From Eledone cirrhosa (Eukaryota), in NCBI GenBank assembly GCA_964016885.1, contig OZ024761.1, positions 8,928,001 through 8,992,000 on the forward strand: a stretch of DNA of 64,000 nucleotides, read 5' to 3'. Positions within the stretch are counted from its first letter, which is position 1. Every line of letters starts with the position of its first letter. Below the pieces are notes generated by a model that ran no database searches, had not been told where the DNA came from, and saw only the letters and a program-made list of their open reading frames with translations. The translations under genes were made by a program, and so were the position numbers. Of the stretch, positions 14,770-26,312 are shown one piece after another.

Positions 14770-14873
14770 TCTGAATGCTGAGAATGGCTCTGAACATTAA
14801 TCTGTATACATTAAGGATCAAGAACTCAGAGCTGTACGGGAGCCTCCCAAAAGTCAGTTCAAAGGTAACACAG
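14770..14873 (+). mobile_element. RTE/RTE-X-like LINE RT fragment, left part of a split element
   Basis: MLRMALNI..NSELYGSLPKVSSKVTQ continues into RRLRLVGHAHRH at 17543. The uninterrupted junction KVAQRILRLAGH is seen at 23695. Confidence 0.7.
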
Positions 14874-14902
14874 CTCTGTGTCACTTTCAAACTTTACATA
14901 TA

Positions 14903-16197
14903 CAGGGTGCGAACGATATTTGTTCGCAATTTTCAACTGCTAATTTTATGCAAATTTTTTTTACTTCCGTTGTCACTCTTGTCTTCATAAAAACAGTGAC
15001 TATATTTCCATTATTTATTTTCAGAATAATTGATTATGAATAATTTTGAACCTCCAAATTTGTGGAAGAGACACAGAGTTCTTCTTAGAATCCGCGCCGG
15101 GCGGACAAATAAGTAAATTTCAGACTTTCTCAGCGTCAGCAGGAGAATGGTGGAAAAGGTCAGAAAGGAATTGGAAGATTCAGGATTCGACTACGAAGCA
15201 GCATCAGAGAGGAAAACACATGATGGACGATCTGACGCCTTCAGAACACCCGAGTTCGTCGCTGAAGTTCAGGATATCATCAACAATGAACCTAGCAAGT
15301 TGATGCATGCCATTACATGAGAGAAAGGCATGGATGGAAAGCTCATTAGGCTGGTGGTACATGAAGACATTCGCTATGTTTCATACAAGATGAGGAAAGG
15401 ACAATTTCTGTCAAAGGCGATGCAAGAAAAGCGATTGAAGCACTCAAAGAAGCTGATCAACAAGTTGAAACACCCACTGGAGCCAGACATGCTGTGGTTT
15501 TTCTCCGACTAGAAAAACTTCTGCCAAGACCAGAAGATCAACTCCCAGAACAACAGGTGGCTCGCTGTCTCATCCAAAGACGTGCCCAGAGTCATGCAGA
15601 CAAAGTTTCCAGCGACAACATTGGTCTTAGGTGTCGTCAGCAGTCAAGGTGACGTAATGCCACCTCACTTCTTCCCTGAGGGCCTCAAGCTGAACACCGA
15701 TGGCTACATCCGCGTTCTGAGTAAAGTAGTAAAGCCCTGGATTGACCAGGTAGCTGCAGGTAGGCCGTACGTGTGGCAGCAAGACTCAGCGCCCTGCCAT
15801 ACCAGCCGAAAGACCCAAGCCTGGCTGTCAGAGAACTTCGTCAACCACACTTCACCTGACATCTGGCCTCCCAGCTCGCCTGACTGCAACCCCCTCGACT
15901 TCTTTGTGTGGGGCGCAGTGGGACGAGACAACAACAGATCTAGCTGCAATACGAAAGACGATCTGAAGGCCAGGATCACAAGTGCCTTTAGAGGCCTAAG
16001 TCGGGGGACAGTGACGAAGGCTTGTAGCCAGATCCGAGGCCGTCATCAAAGCCAATGGCGGGTTTATCGAGTGAGATCAAAAGAACAAGTCATGAAGACA
16101 AACTGACCCAAGTTTGATAAATATATCTTAAAAAATAAAACTACTGTGTTATTTTTTCCTAGACAGTAATCTTGCGAAAAATATCGTTCGCACCCTG
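14903..16197 (+). mobile_element. Tc1/mariner DD37D (maT-type) transposon, full length, defective transposase
   Basis: TIRs CAGGGTGCGAACGATATTT at both ends with TA flanks. WFFSD followed by a stop at 15510; QQDSAPCH...WPPSSPDCNPLD has 37 residues between the last two catalytic D. Confidence 0.93.
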
Positions 16198-16235
16198 TAT
16201 ATGTGTGTGTGTACACACACACATATATGTATATA

Positions 16236-17506
16236 CGAGGGGGGATAAAAAAGTTCGCGGAATTTTATCGTAGCAAGAAAAAACTCAGGTTAAAACAATA
16301 TTAAACGTCAGAACATTGTCACTGGGTGTTTACCTTGCAGTCACTGACACTCTTTAAAAAACCTCTTTTTGGAACAATGGAAAATAGTTATTTTGAGATA
16401 AGATCGAATATCAAGTTTGATGAAACTCAAATGGAAAGGGACACAGATTATGGTGGCTTTAGTTAAAGTTTACGGTACTATTGCTCCAAAGAAAACTGCT
16501 GTCTACAAGTGGATTCAGCGATTCAAACAAGGGAAAGATGACCTTGAAGACGACTATCGCAGTGGAAGACCAGGAACATCAAAAAATGACCAAAACGTTG
16601 AGGCTGCTCAGACTTTAATTGAAGAAGATCGAAGAATAACAGTTAATCAGTTAGCTAAGTCCCTAGACATTTCATATGGTTCAGCAAATTCAATTCTGCA
16701 CGATAATTTGGGACTAAGCAAGCTTTCAGCGCGATGGGTTCCAAAAGCGTTGCACCCTGATCAGCTGATTCTTCAAAGTGATCTGTCTTTGGCGATATTA
16801 AACAAAATTGAAGTTGATGAAGAGCATTTCCTGACCAGAATCATCACCGAAGATGAAACCTGGATCTACCAGTATGATCCTGAATCCAAACAGCAGTCAA
16901 AACAGTGTCTTCCATGTGGATCATCGGGGGCCAATCAAGTTCAAATCTCAAAAGTCGGATCAAAAAGTGATGGCTACCATTTTCTGGAATTCAGATGGGG
17001 TGATACTAATAGATTATCTTGAAGGTCAAAGAACTGTGACAGGAGCTTACTATGCAAATGTTTTAAGAAAGCTGAAAGAGGCATTAGTCAAGAAACGAAA
17101 AGGGAAACTTCATGGTGGGATCTTGTTTCACCATGACAACGCACCAGCGCATTCTGCGCGGGCTGCAAAAGAAGTTCTTCGAGAATTTCGATGGGAAGTG
17201 CTTCCTCACCCGTCTTATAGTCCAGATTTAGCCCCATCAGACTTTTTCCTCTTTCCAAAACTCAAAGAAATGCTAAAAGGAACCCGTTTTAGTGGTGTTG
17301 AAGAAGCTAAAAACACTGCCAACACATGGCTTCGAACAAGGCTTTCAACTTTCTTTAGAGACGGCTTACAAAGCTGGAAGCATCGCCTTGTGAAGTGTAT
17401 TGACCTGGATGGCAACTATGTAGAAAAATAAATTGAAGGTAAATCATATTTTTTGAAAAATAGATTATTTTCTGAAAAATTCCGCGAACTTTTTGATCCC
17501 CCCTCG
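16236..17506 (+). mobile_element. mariner DD34D transposon (Hsmar2/irritans-like), full length, frameshifted
   Basis: TIRs CGAGGGGGGAT(A/C)AAAAAGTTCGCGGAATT with TA flanks. ATG at 16377; WVPKAL, TEDETW and HDNAPAH...YSPDLAPSD (34 spacing); stop 17431; frameshifts near 16415 and 16925. Confidence 0.95.
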
Positions 17507-17538
17507 TATAGTATATGTAAAGTTTGAAAGTGATACAG

Positions 17539-17790
17539 ACAGAGGAGACTGAGGTTAGTTGGGCATGCTCACCGACATTCAGAGTTGACACTGCACTCAG
17601 TGCTCCTGTGGGAGCCCCTATATGGACACACTGGAAGAGGGAGACCGAGTTTGACATATGTTGATGCCCTAAGGACAGACACTGGTCTCTTGGAGACGCA
17701 GGACATGGCAACAATGATGAGGGACAGAGACTGCTGGAGAGAACTCATCCATGGATCTCGGGAATTTTACCTACCCTAGATAGGGATAGA
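17539..17790 (+). mobile_element. RTE/RTE-X-like LINE 3' end, right part of the split element
   Basis: LRLVGHAHRH..LLWEPLYGHTGRGRPSLTYVDALRTDTG..MRDRDCWREL with TAGA-type tail. Near-identical to 23695-23960. Confidence 0.8.
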
Positions 17791-17828
17791 TACCTGATAT
17801 AAGCCAACCCCACCTCTCTGCTACCATC

Positions 17829-17864
<36 letters not shown>

Positions 17865-18008
17865 GTCACATATCACATATTCCTCGGTTTATATTTGAGT
17901 ATTTGAATATAACTTTGATAGGTTTTGGCCAATATTGGCCTATGCAATGTCTAACTTAATAGCACCACCTGGCTAATTATCTAATTTCTCATCTATTTCC
18001 TAATATAG

Positions 18009-18165
18009 GTGCAACATTTGATGTTGCTCTTCGGTTCCTTCATGAATGTCCATGGCAACGTCTCCAAGAAATGAGGAAACTTATACCCAACATACCTTTC
18101 CAGATGCTTCTACGAGGTGCCAATGCTGTTGGTTACACTAATTATCCTGACAATGTCGTATACAA
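18009..18165 (+). CDS. PC: Pyruvate carboxylase exon
   Basis: tatag/gtaag. [53 protein letters not shown]; phase compatible with neighbours. Not in the ORF track. Confidence 0.97.
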
Positions 18166-18344
18166 GTAAGTTCTCTGCAGTTACGTTTTGTTTGTTTTTT
18201 TCACAAAAAGCCAGTTCAATGTGATAGAAATATATAAATAGCAAAGGGAGACAAATAAAACAAGTAATGTTTTATCCAGTATATTTAAACATGATATTTC
18301 AGGGCTATTACCCTCTTTTCAAATGTGAAGCAAAAATGGTTTAA

Positions 18345-19260
18345 CCCTTTAGTGTTCAAACCAGCCAAAACCAGCCACATTTCTCTACCTCTTTCTGTTG
18401 AAACTGGCCATAACTGGTCGCTGAAACTGATGTTAAGGTAATGTTCTCAAAATAAATACTTTCAAAATCTCATAGATTCGATATTATGTGAGATAATTAT
18501 GCGAGGTAAAGCCTTTACCATGAAAATACAATAGTATATATAGAGTAATGTAAATGTTATGTGAGATATTATGTGAGGTAAAGCCTTTACTGTGAAAATA
18601 CAATAGTATATATAGAGTAATGTAAATGTTATGTGAGATATTATGTGAGGTAAAGCCTTTACTGTGAAAATACAATATTATATATAGAGTAATGTAAATG
18701 TTATGTGAGATATTATTGTGAGATAAAGCCTTTACTGTGAAAATACAATAGTATATATAGAGTAATGTAAATGTTATGTGAGATATTATTGTGAGATAAA
18801 GCCTTTACTGTGAAAATACAATAGTATATATAGAGTAATGTAAATGTTATGTGAGATATTATGTGAGGTAAAGCCTTTACCATGAAAATACAATAGTATA
18901 TATAAAATAATGTGAATGCTAAAGCAAAGGTTCTCAACGGGGGCGTTTCGGAACTCCAGGGGGGCGTTTGGGAGCAAGGTCGCGTTAGGGGGGCGTTTGG
19001 AGCGGGGGCAGGGGGGTCAGGGGTCGCTGGAAGGCTCTTTATTTTGGTAAGTTTTATAAACCATATTTGTATGTCTTTGAGACAGCCAGTGTGAATGCAT
19101 TTGAATGAGCTTGCAGACAGCATAACTATGGTCTGACCGCAGCTGTGAGCAGGTGTGCAGGCATGTCTGGTAATTGAGACGTTAACCGGTAATTTCGTGA
19201 TTTCGAGGGACAAAAGGGGGCGTTTGGCCTAAATGGGTTGAGAACCTGTGTGCTAAAGGG
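18345..19260. mobile_element. TTAA-flanked (piggyBac-type) MITE with internal 72-73 bp tandem array and a nested hAT MITE
   Basis: TTAA|CCCTTTAG ... CTAAAGGG|TTAA; about 6 units at 18485-18915. Confidence 0.85.
18925..19250. mobile_element. hAT (Charlie/Buster-like) MITE
   Basis: TIR CA(A/C)AGGTTCTCAAC and exact 8-bp TSD TGCTAAAG at 18917-18924 and 19251-19258. Confidence 0.92.
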
Positions 19261-19507
19261 TTAAAACAAAAACAAACCATCAATGTGTTCTTCCCTAACT
19301 GGTCTGTGTCTGAAATAAGCAACTGTGAAGTTGTTATAATATCCAGTCTGCTTCATACAGTTGCAATCTATTATTTATCTGTGGTTTTTTTTCTGGTTAG
19401 TGATAATGGCCTCTTTGATTCTTATATTGCCCACGTTCCTTTCCATCACATTGTACCATCTTTTTGAAACTTATCAGTCATTTATTACATATCTCACAAT
19501 ACTTTGT

Positions 19508-20107
19508 ATTAACTACTTTATACCATTTATTGACTACTTTATACCATTAATTAACTACTTTATACCATTAACTACTTTATACCATTAATTAACTACTTTA
19601 TACTATTAACTACTTTATACTATTAACTACTTTATACCATTAACTACTTTATACCATTAACTACTTTATACCATTAATTAACTACTTTATACCATTAACT
19701 ATTTTATACCATCAATTAACTACTTTATACTATTAAGTACTTTATACTATTAACTACTTTATACCATTAACTACTTTATACCATTAACTACTTTATACCA
19801 TTGACTACGTTATACCATTAACTACTTTATACCATTAACTACTTTATACCATTAACTACTTTATACCATTAATTAACTACTTTATACTATTAACTACTTT
19901 ATACCATTAACTACTTTATACCATTAACTACTTTATACCATTAACTACTTTATACCATTAATTAACTACTTTATACTATTAACTACTTTATACCATTAAT
20001 TAACTACTTTATACTATTAACTACTTTATACCATTAACTACTTTATACCATTAATTAACTACTTTATACTATTAACTACTTTATACCATTAACTACTTTA
20101 TACCATT
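19508..20107. repeat. 17/21-bp minisatellite
   Basis: TTAACTACTTTATACCA units, some with an extra TTAA; ends ~20 bp before the next acceptor. Confidence 0.95.
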
Positions 20108-20126
20108 TATTGTATTTGTCTTACAG

Positions 20127-20233
20127 ATTTTGTGAATTGGCTGTTTCTCGTGGAATGGATATCTTCCGAGTGTTTGATTCTTTGAACTATATTCCAAACT
20201 TAATAGTGGGAATTGATGCTGTTGGAAACGCAG
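20127..20233 (+). CDS. PC: Pyruvate carboxylase exon
   Basis: ttacag/gtaag. [36 protein letters not shown]. Confidence 0.97.
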
Positions 20234-20355
20234 GTAAGAATAAGCATTGTCTTCATTACCACCATTTAACATCTAATTTCCATATCTGTACACGTTAGAC
20301 AGCTGTCAGATGCTGAGGCCAGTCTGGTCAGGGGACTAGGAACTGATACAGTTGT

Positions 20356-20832
20356 ATCACTGCCCCACACTATTCTATCACTACCCCACACTATTCTATC
20401 ACTACCCCACACTATTCTATCAGTGCTCCCACACTATTCTATCAGTGCTCCCACACTATTCTATCAGTACCCCACACTATTCTATCACTACCCCACACTA
20501 TTCTATCACTACCCCACACTATTCTATCACTACCCCACACTATTCTATCACTACCCCACACTATTCTATCAGTGCTCCCACACTATTCTATCAGTGCTCC
20601 CACACTATTCTATCAGTGCTCCCACACTATTCTATCAGTACCCCACACTATTCTATCACTACCCCACACTATTCTATCACTACCCCACACTATTCTATCA
20701 CTACCCCACACTATTCTATCACTACCCACACTATTCTATCACTACCCCACATTACTCTAACACTACCCCACATTACTCTAACACTACCCCACATTACTCT
20801 ATCACTACCCCACACTATTCTATCAATACCCC
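20356..20832. repeat. 21/22-bp minisatellite
   Basis: CTATTCTATCACTACCCCACA and CTATTCTATCAGTGCTCCCACA units. Confidence 0.95.
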
Positions 20833-20973
20833 GCTGTGTAGTATCATGATTTTACAAATAAAACCATATTTGGTCATCCATGAATTTTTTTTTCTGATGA
20901 ATTTTCCTTGTGTGCAGAACTTTCTAGAGAAGATTGCCCATCCCTGAGTTATTTGTCTCTCTTCATTTCAAAG

Positions 20974-21107
20974 GTGGAGTTGTAGAAGCTGCTATTTCTT
21001 ATACTGGAGATGTTGCAGATCCCACCAAGTCTAAATATGACATGGATTATTACATGAAACTTTCTGATGAGCTTGTCAAAGCCGGAACACATATCTTGTG
21101 TATAAAG
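20974..21107 (+). CDS. PC: Pyruvate carboxylase exon
   Basis: tcaaag/gtatg. [44 protein letters not shown], ending at the carbamylated-Lys motif IK|DMAG. Confidence 0.97.
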
Positions 21108-21182
21108 GTATGAAACTTCTTTTTGCATTTTCATTTTCTCATCTTTTTTCTTTTTATTTAATTTGAACCTTTCAGCTAACCC

Positions 21183-23077
21183 TCATCATCATCATCATCG
21201 TCATCATCATTTAACGTCTATCTTCCATGCTAGCATGGGTTAGACGGGAATTGTTCCACTTGTGGCAAGCTTGATCGGGTGACTGTCTCGTTCGTACGGG
21301 ACTGTATCTGGCAGGTTTTCTACAGCTGGATGCTAGATGCCCTTCCTAACACCAACCACATTTACAGTGTGGACTGGGAACCTTTTTACCGTGTCCCCTA
21401 CGCGACCACTTTACAGTGTGGACTGGCAGCCTTTTTACTGTGTCTCCTACACGACCACTTTACAGTGTGGACTGGGAGCCTTTTTACTGTGTCTCCTACA
21501 CAACCACTTTACAGTGTGGACTGGGAACCTTTTTACCGTGTTTCCTACACAACCACTTTCCAGTGTGGACGGAGTCATTTTACCATGTTACCTACACAAC
21601 CATTTTACAGTGTGGACTGGGTACTTTTTGTCATGACACCCACACAACTACTTTACAGCATGGACTGGGAACCTTTTTACTATATTACCTACATGACCAC
21701 TTTACAGTATGGACTGGGAGCCTTTTTCCCCTGTCTCCTACAGACCACTTTACAGTGTGGACTGGGAGCCTTTTTACTGTGTCTCCTACATGACCACTTT
21801 ACAGTGTGGACTGGGAGCCTTTTTACTGTGTCACCTACACGACCACTTTACAGTGTAGACTGGGAGCCTTTTTACTGTGTCTCCTACACGACCACTTTAC
21901 AGTGTGGACTGGGAGCCTTTTTACTGTGTCTCCTACATTACTACTTTACAGTGTGGACTGGGAGCCTTTTTACTGTGTCTCCTACACGACCACTTTACAG
22001 TGTGGACTGGGAGCCTTTTTACCGTGTCTCCTACACAACCACTTTACAGTGTGGACTGGGAGCCTTTTTACCCTGTCTCCTACATGACCACTTTACAGTG
22101 TGGACTGGGAGCCTTTTTACCGTGTCGCCTACACGACCACTTTACAGTGTAGACTGGGAGCCTTTTTACTGTGTCTCCTACACGACCACTTTACAGTGTG
22201 GACTGGGAGCCTTTTTACTGTGTCTCCTACATGACCACTTTACAGTATGGACTGGCAGCCTTTTTACCGTGTCTCCTACACGACCACTTTACAGTGTGGA
22301 CTGGGAACCTTTTTACCGTGTCTCCTACACAACCACTTTACAGTGTGGACAGAGTCATTTTACCGTGTTACCTACACAACCATTTTACAGTGTGGACTGG
22401 GTACTTTTTGTCATGACAGCCACACAACTACTTTACAGCATGGACTGGGAACCTTTTTACTATATTACCTACATGACCACTTTACAGTATGGACTGGGAG
22501 CCTTTTTACTGTGTCTCCTACACGACCACTTTACAGTGTGGACTGGGAGCCTTTTTACTGTGTCTCCTACACAACCACTTTACAGTGTGGACTGGGAACC
22601 TTTTTACCGTGTCACCTACACGACCACTTTTCAGTGTGGACTGGGAGAATTTTTACCGTGTTACCTACACGACCACTTTACTGTGTGGACTGGGTGTTTT
22701 TTTTATCATGACACCTCCACGGTCTCTTTAGTGTAGACTGGATATTTTGTGGTACCAACATAAATTTACAGAGAAAGGGTGGTGTTGGTGGGAGTGGGAG
22801 GATGGAGTAGGAGTAGTGGGATGTGGGTTGGAGTGTATATTTGGTTAAGAGGTACCTACTGACTGTAGGTTTAACTTTCTACGTAGGGAAAGCGGTTCTT
22901 CTGTATTACTGCATAGTGCCAAAGATCTCGATCCAGTGACGTTGTCTTAGAGAGGTGTAAGAGTGCAAGGTCGGATTTTATCATGTCGTCCCAGGTTTTT
23001 CTGGGTCTGCCTACTCTGTAACTTCCATCAATTTTGATTACCCTGCACTTTTTTTTATACAGCTGTCATCTTTCATA
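21183..23077 (-). mobile_element. RTE LINE 3' portion with a 49-bp minisatellite expanded in its 3' UTR
   Basis: Minus strand 22890-23077 reads as RT C-terminus (GRPRKTWDDMIKSDL..DRDLW). (ATG)n tail at 21183-21210; 49-bp units TTTACAGTGTGGACTGGGAGCCTTTTTACTGTGTCTCCTACACGACCAC at ~21357-22740. Confidence 0.85.
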
Positions 23078-23276
23078 TATGTATATACATACACAAATAC
23101 ATATATATATGTGTATATACAACATAGATAACAATCACCTTTTTGTTTAATGCATTAAATGTATTAAACAAAAATTTGATTGTTTTCTATGTTGTATTTC
23201 TGCTCTGTAGTATATCTAATATTTTACATTGAGCTAATTTTCTTACTGGTAATCAGGTAATACCCAATATTACCCT

Positions 23277-23661
23277 TATCATCATCATCATCATCATCAT
23301 CATCATCTTCATCATCATTTTATGTCCGCTTTTCCCTGCATGCAAGGGTGGGACGGGTCCTATTCAGTACAGCATCTCTCCACTTGTCACGGTCCTTTGT
23401 CATCTCCTCAGTGAGTTTCAGCAATCTGAGGTCTGCTCTCACCACCTCCGCCCATGTTTTTCGTGGTCTACATCTACTGCGTCTTCCCTCCACTGGGACT
23501 TCCTGGCACTTCTTCACCCATCGGTCATCCTCCATGCGCATCACATGTCCATACCATCTCAGCCTTCTCTCCTGCATACCACAACTTATCCCTCTTATAC
23601 CCAGTTTCTTTCTCAACTCGTCTATTCTTGGTCGTTCACGCACATTGACATTGCACATCAA
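23277..23661 (-). mobile_element. RTE LINE 3' fragment
   Basis: RRLRWYGHVMRMEDDRWVKKC...RPRKTWAEVVRADL; (ATG)n tail. Confidence 0.9.
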
Positions 23662-23693
23662 TTATTATATACATATACATATACATATACATA

Positions 23694-23960
23694 CAAAAGT
23701 AGCACAGAGGATACTGAGGTTAGCTGGACATGCTCACCGACATCCAGAGTTGACACTGCACTCAGTGCTCCTGTGAGAGCCCCTGCATGGACACACTGGA
23801 AGAGGAAGACCAAGGTTAACGTATGTTGATGTCCTAAGGACAGACACTGGTCTGTTGGAGACGCAGGACATGGCAGCGATGATGAGAGACAGAGACCGCT
23901 GGAGAGAGCTCGTCCATGGATCTCGGGAATTTTACCCGCCCTAGATAGATAGATAGATAC
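23694..23960 (+). mobile_element. RTE/RTE-X-like LINE 3' fragment
   Basis: KVAQRILRLAGHAHRHPEL...; (TAGA)n tail; paralogous to 17539-17790. Confidence 0.8.
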
Positions 23961-24116
23961 ATACTTACACACGCACACATACAGACATACACTCACTCAC
24001 ACACACACACATACACACACTCACATTTAACATGCACACACAAAAACAGCCAATATACTGCGACAGTTCGTGTCACCACACTGTCAATTTCTCACCACCT
24101 CCGTTCTATTTTCCAG

Positions 24117-24366
24117 GATATGGCAGGACTTCTTCGTCCAAAAGCAGCCAAAATGCTCATTGGTAATTTGAGGGATAAATACCCCGATATGCCTATCCAT
24201 GTACACACACACGATACATCCGGAGCTGGGGTGGCGGCAATGCTTGCTTGTGCTGAGGCTGGAGCTGATGTTGTTGATGTTGCTGTTGATTCCATGTCTG
24301 GTATGACATCACAACCTAGCATGGGGGCTATGGTTGCTTCCCTTGAACGCACAGAGCATGATACAG
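24117..24366 (+). CDS. PC: Pyruvate carboxylase exon
   Basis: ttccag/gtaag. DMAGLLRP...[18 protein letters not shown]...[18 protein letters not shown], containing the metal-binding HTH motif. Confidence 0.98.
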
Positions 24367-24492
24367 GTAAGATCAGTGCAAGACTTTCACCTGCTAAGAT
24401 CTCCAAACTTATATGAAATTTAGGCCCTTCTCTGAAAAAATATATTTATTATTTTTTTATATTAATGTTAATTATAAAGAAAAAAACAGTAT

Positions 24493-24494
<2 letters not shown>

Positions 24495-24527
<33 letters not shown>

Positions 24528-24840
24528 TTCATTTTACGTCCGCTTTTCCCTGCTTGCAAGGTTGGGACGGGAACTGATTCTGGCTTGATTTCTACAGCTG
24601 GATGCCCTTCCTAACACCAACCTCATTTACAGTGAGTGCTGGGTGCTTTTTTGCCGTGGCACCTCCACAACCACTTTACAGTGGAATGATAGAGACCCCA
24701 GTCCGTATCATCTAATTTCTACTGCTGAGTAAACTGGAGCAATGTGAAATAAAGTGTCTTGCTCAAGGAAACAACACATCACCCTGTCTGAGAATTGAAC
24801 TCACAACCTTTCGATTGCAAGGCCAATGCTCTAACCACTA
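24495..24840 (-). mobile_element. tRNA-derived SINE (family A, RTE tail)
   Basis: Reverse complement of the copy at 24852-25172; (ATG)n tail. Confidence 0.85.
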
Positions 24841-24851
24841 TATATATATAT

Positions 24852-25172
24852 GTGGCTTAGTGGTTAGAGCATTGGCCTTGCAATCGAAAGGTTGTGAGTT
24901 CAATTCTCAGACCGGGTGATGCGTTGTTTCCTTGAGCAAGACACTTTATTTCACATTGCTCCAGTTTACTCAGCTGTAGAAATGAGATGATAGGGACTGG
25001 GGTCCCTATCATTCCACTGCAAAGTGGTCGTAGAGGTGCCATGGCAAAAAAGCACCCAGCCCACACTGTAAATGAGGTTGGTGTTAGGAAGGGCATCCAG
25101 CTGTAGAAATCAAGCCAGAATCAGTTCCCGTCCCACCCTTGCAAGCAGGGAAAAGCGGACATAAAATGACGA
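24852..25172 (+). mobile_element. tRNA-derived SINE (family A, RTE tail)
   Basis: A box TGGCTTAGTGG and B box GAGTTCAATTC. The 3' end GCAAGCAGGGAAAAGCGGAC matches the RTE tails. Confidence 0.88.
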
Positions 25173-25226
25173 TACAGTATATGGAAGGGATATATTAGGT
25201 CAACGCTTGATATAGCAGGAAGAGGG

Positions 25227-25262
25227 TCTTAATGTTTCGGACACTAATCCTTCATCAGAAGA
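25227..25262 (-). ncRNA. Minimal type I hammerhead ribozyme motif in a ~200-bp repeat (3 copies in window)
   Basis: Reverse complement: TCTT CTGATGA A GGA-TTAGTG-TCC GAAA CATT AAGA. Same family as 37160 and 41190. Confidence 0.55.
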
Positions 25263-25528
25263 AAGAATGAGAAATAAGATAGATTGAGGGGACGGGCGGG
25301 TTGGATATATATATATATATATATATATATAGGAAAAACGTCAGGACCCCGACAGCTGAGCTCCGGCCGTTTCGCTACCTAAATCCTGTTACCCACTCTA
25401 CTACCCTAAGCATTGAGTACTCTGGTACATTATGGTCCACCTCGTATCTTACCACAGCCTCTTTGTTATATATATATTTATATATACATGTATGCATACA
25501 TTATTCAGTTGATGAAATACATCTTACA

Positions 25529-25597
25529 CTATCTGATGAGAACGTGCCAGGGGGTTATTATGTAACAACTCTGACATCTTCGAAATATGTATAATAG
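25529..25597 (+). ncRNA. Type I hammerhead ribozyme motif
   Basis: Stem I CTAT/ATAG, CTGATGA at 25533, 42-nt stem II hairpin closed by GAA/TTC, GAAA at 25582, near-palindromic stem III ATATGTAT, AUA cleavage triplet ending at 25593. Confidence 0.7.
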
Positions 25598-25645
25598 AAT
25601 TATGTAATAAAATGAAGATGTATGAATAAAAACATCTCTCTTATT

Positions 25646-25675
<30 letters not shown>

Positions 25676-25680
<5 letters not shown>

Positions 25681-26259
25681 TGATGAGGGACTTATTTTAT
25701 TACATGTTATCCATGTGCAACCTGCAGTATTCTTCTCCCCATTTTTTCACATATATTTACCTAAACTGCGATTCTGTTTTTTTCTCTCTCTCTCTCTTAC
25801 TGCTCCCTCGTTCTCTCTGTTTCTCCTACTTTCTTTCGCCCCCTCTGTCATGTCAGTTAACTCTTCCTCACACTTCCACTCACTCACTCACTGTTTCTCC
25901 TCTTCTCACTTCACCCCGTTCGCGCCGAAAACATTTTCTCTCTTTCTCACATTTGAATTCGTTCCCGAAAGGTCTTTTTTCTAAGCGCTCATATATTCAC
26001 CTAGCTTATGCTAACAGAATAACTATGTAGCTTGTTCCCTTCCTCTCTACGGTTAGCTTTCCTCTTTGTTGTTTACTTGTCTCACTCGCTTTACGCGTTT
26101 TAATTGTCCTAATAACTTAATTTAGTTATTATTGCACCGACGTGAGGTATATGATTTTTAATGCAATGAAATATCTATGATCGTCGGCAAATCACTGATG
26201 AGGGACTTATTTTATTACATGTTATCCATGTGCAACCTGCAGTATTCTTCTCCCCATTT

Positions 26260-26266
<7 letters not shown>
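25676..26266 (+). repeat. 76-bp direct repeat bracketing a 515-bp unit
   Basis: ATCACTGATGAGGGACTTATTTT...CCCCATTTTTTCACA identical at 25676-25751 and 26191-26266. Confidence 0.9.

Positions 26267-26309
<43 letters not shown>

Positions 26310-26312
<3 letters not shown>

Noticed and set aside
21279-22736. 485-aa ORF
   Set aside because: Read-through of the 49-bp minisatellite, antisense to an RTE UTR.
24852-24920. tRNA gene
   Set aside because: A/B boxes are present but run into a SINE body and RTE tail; multiple decayed copies.
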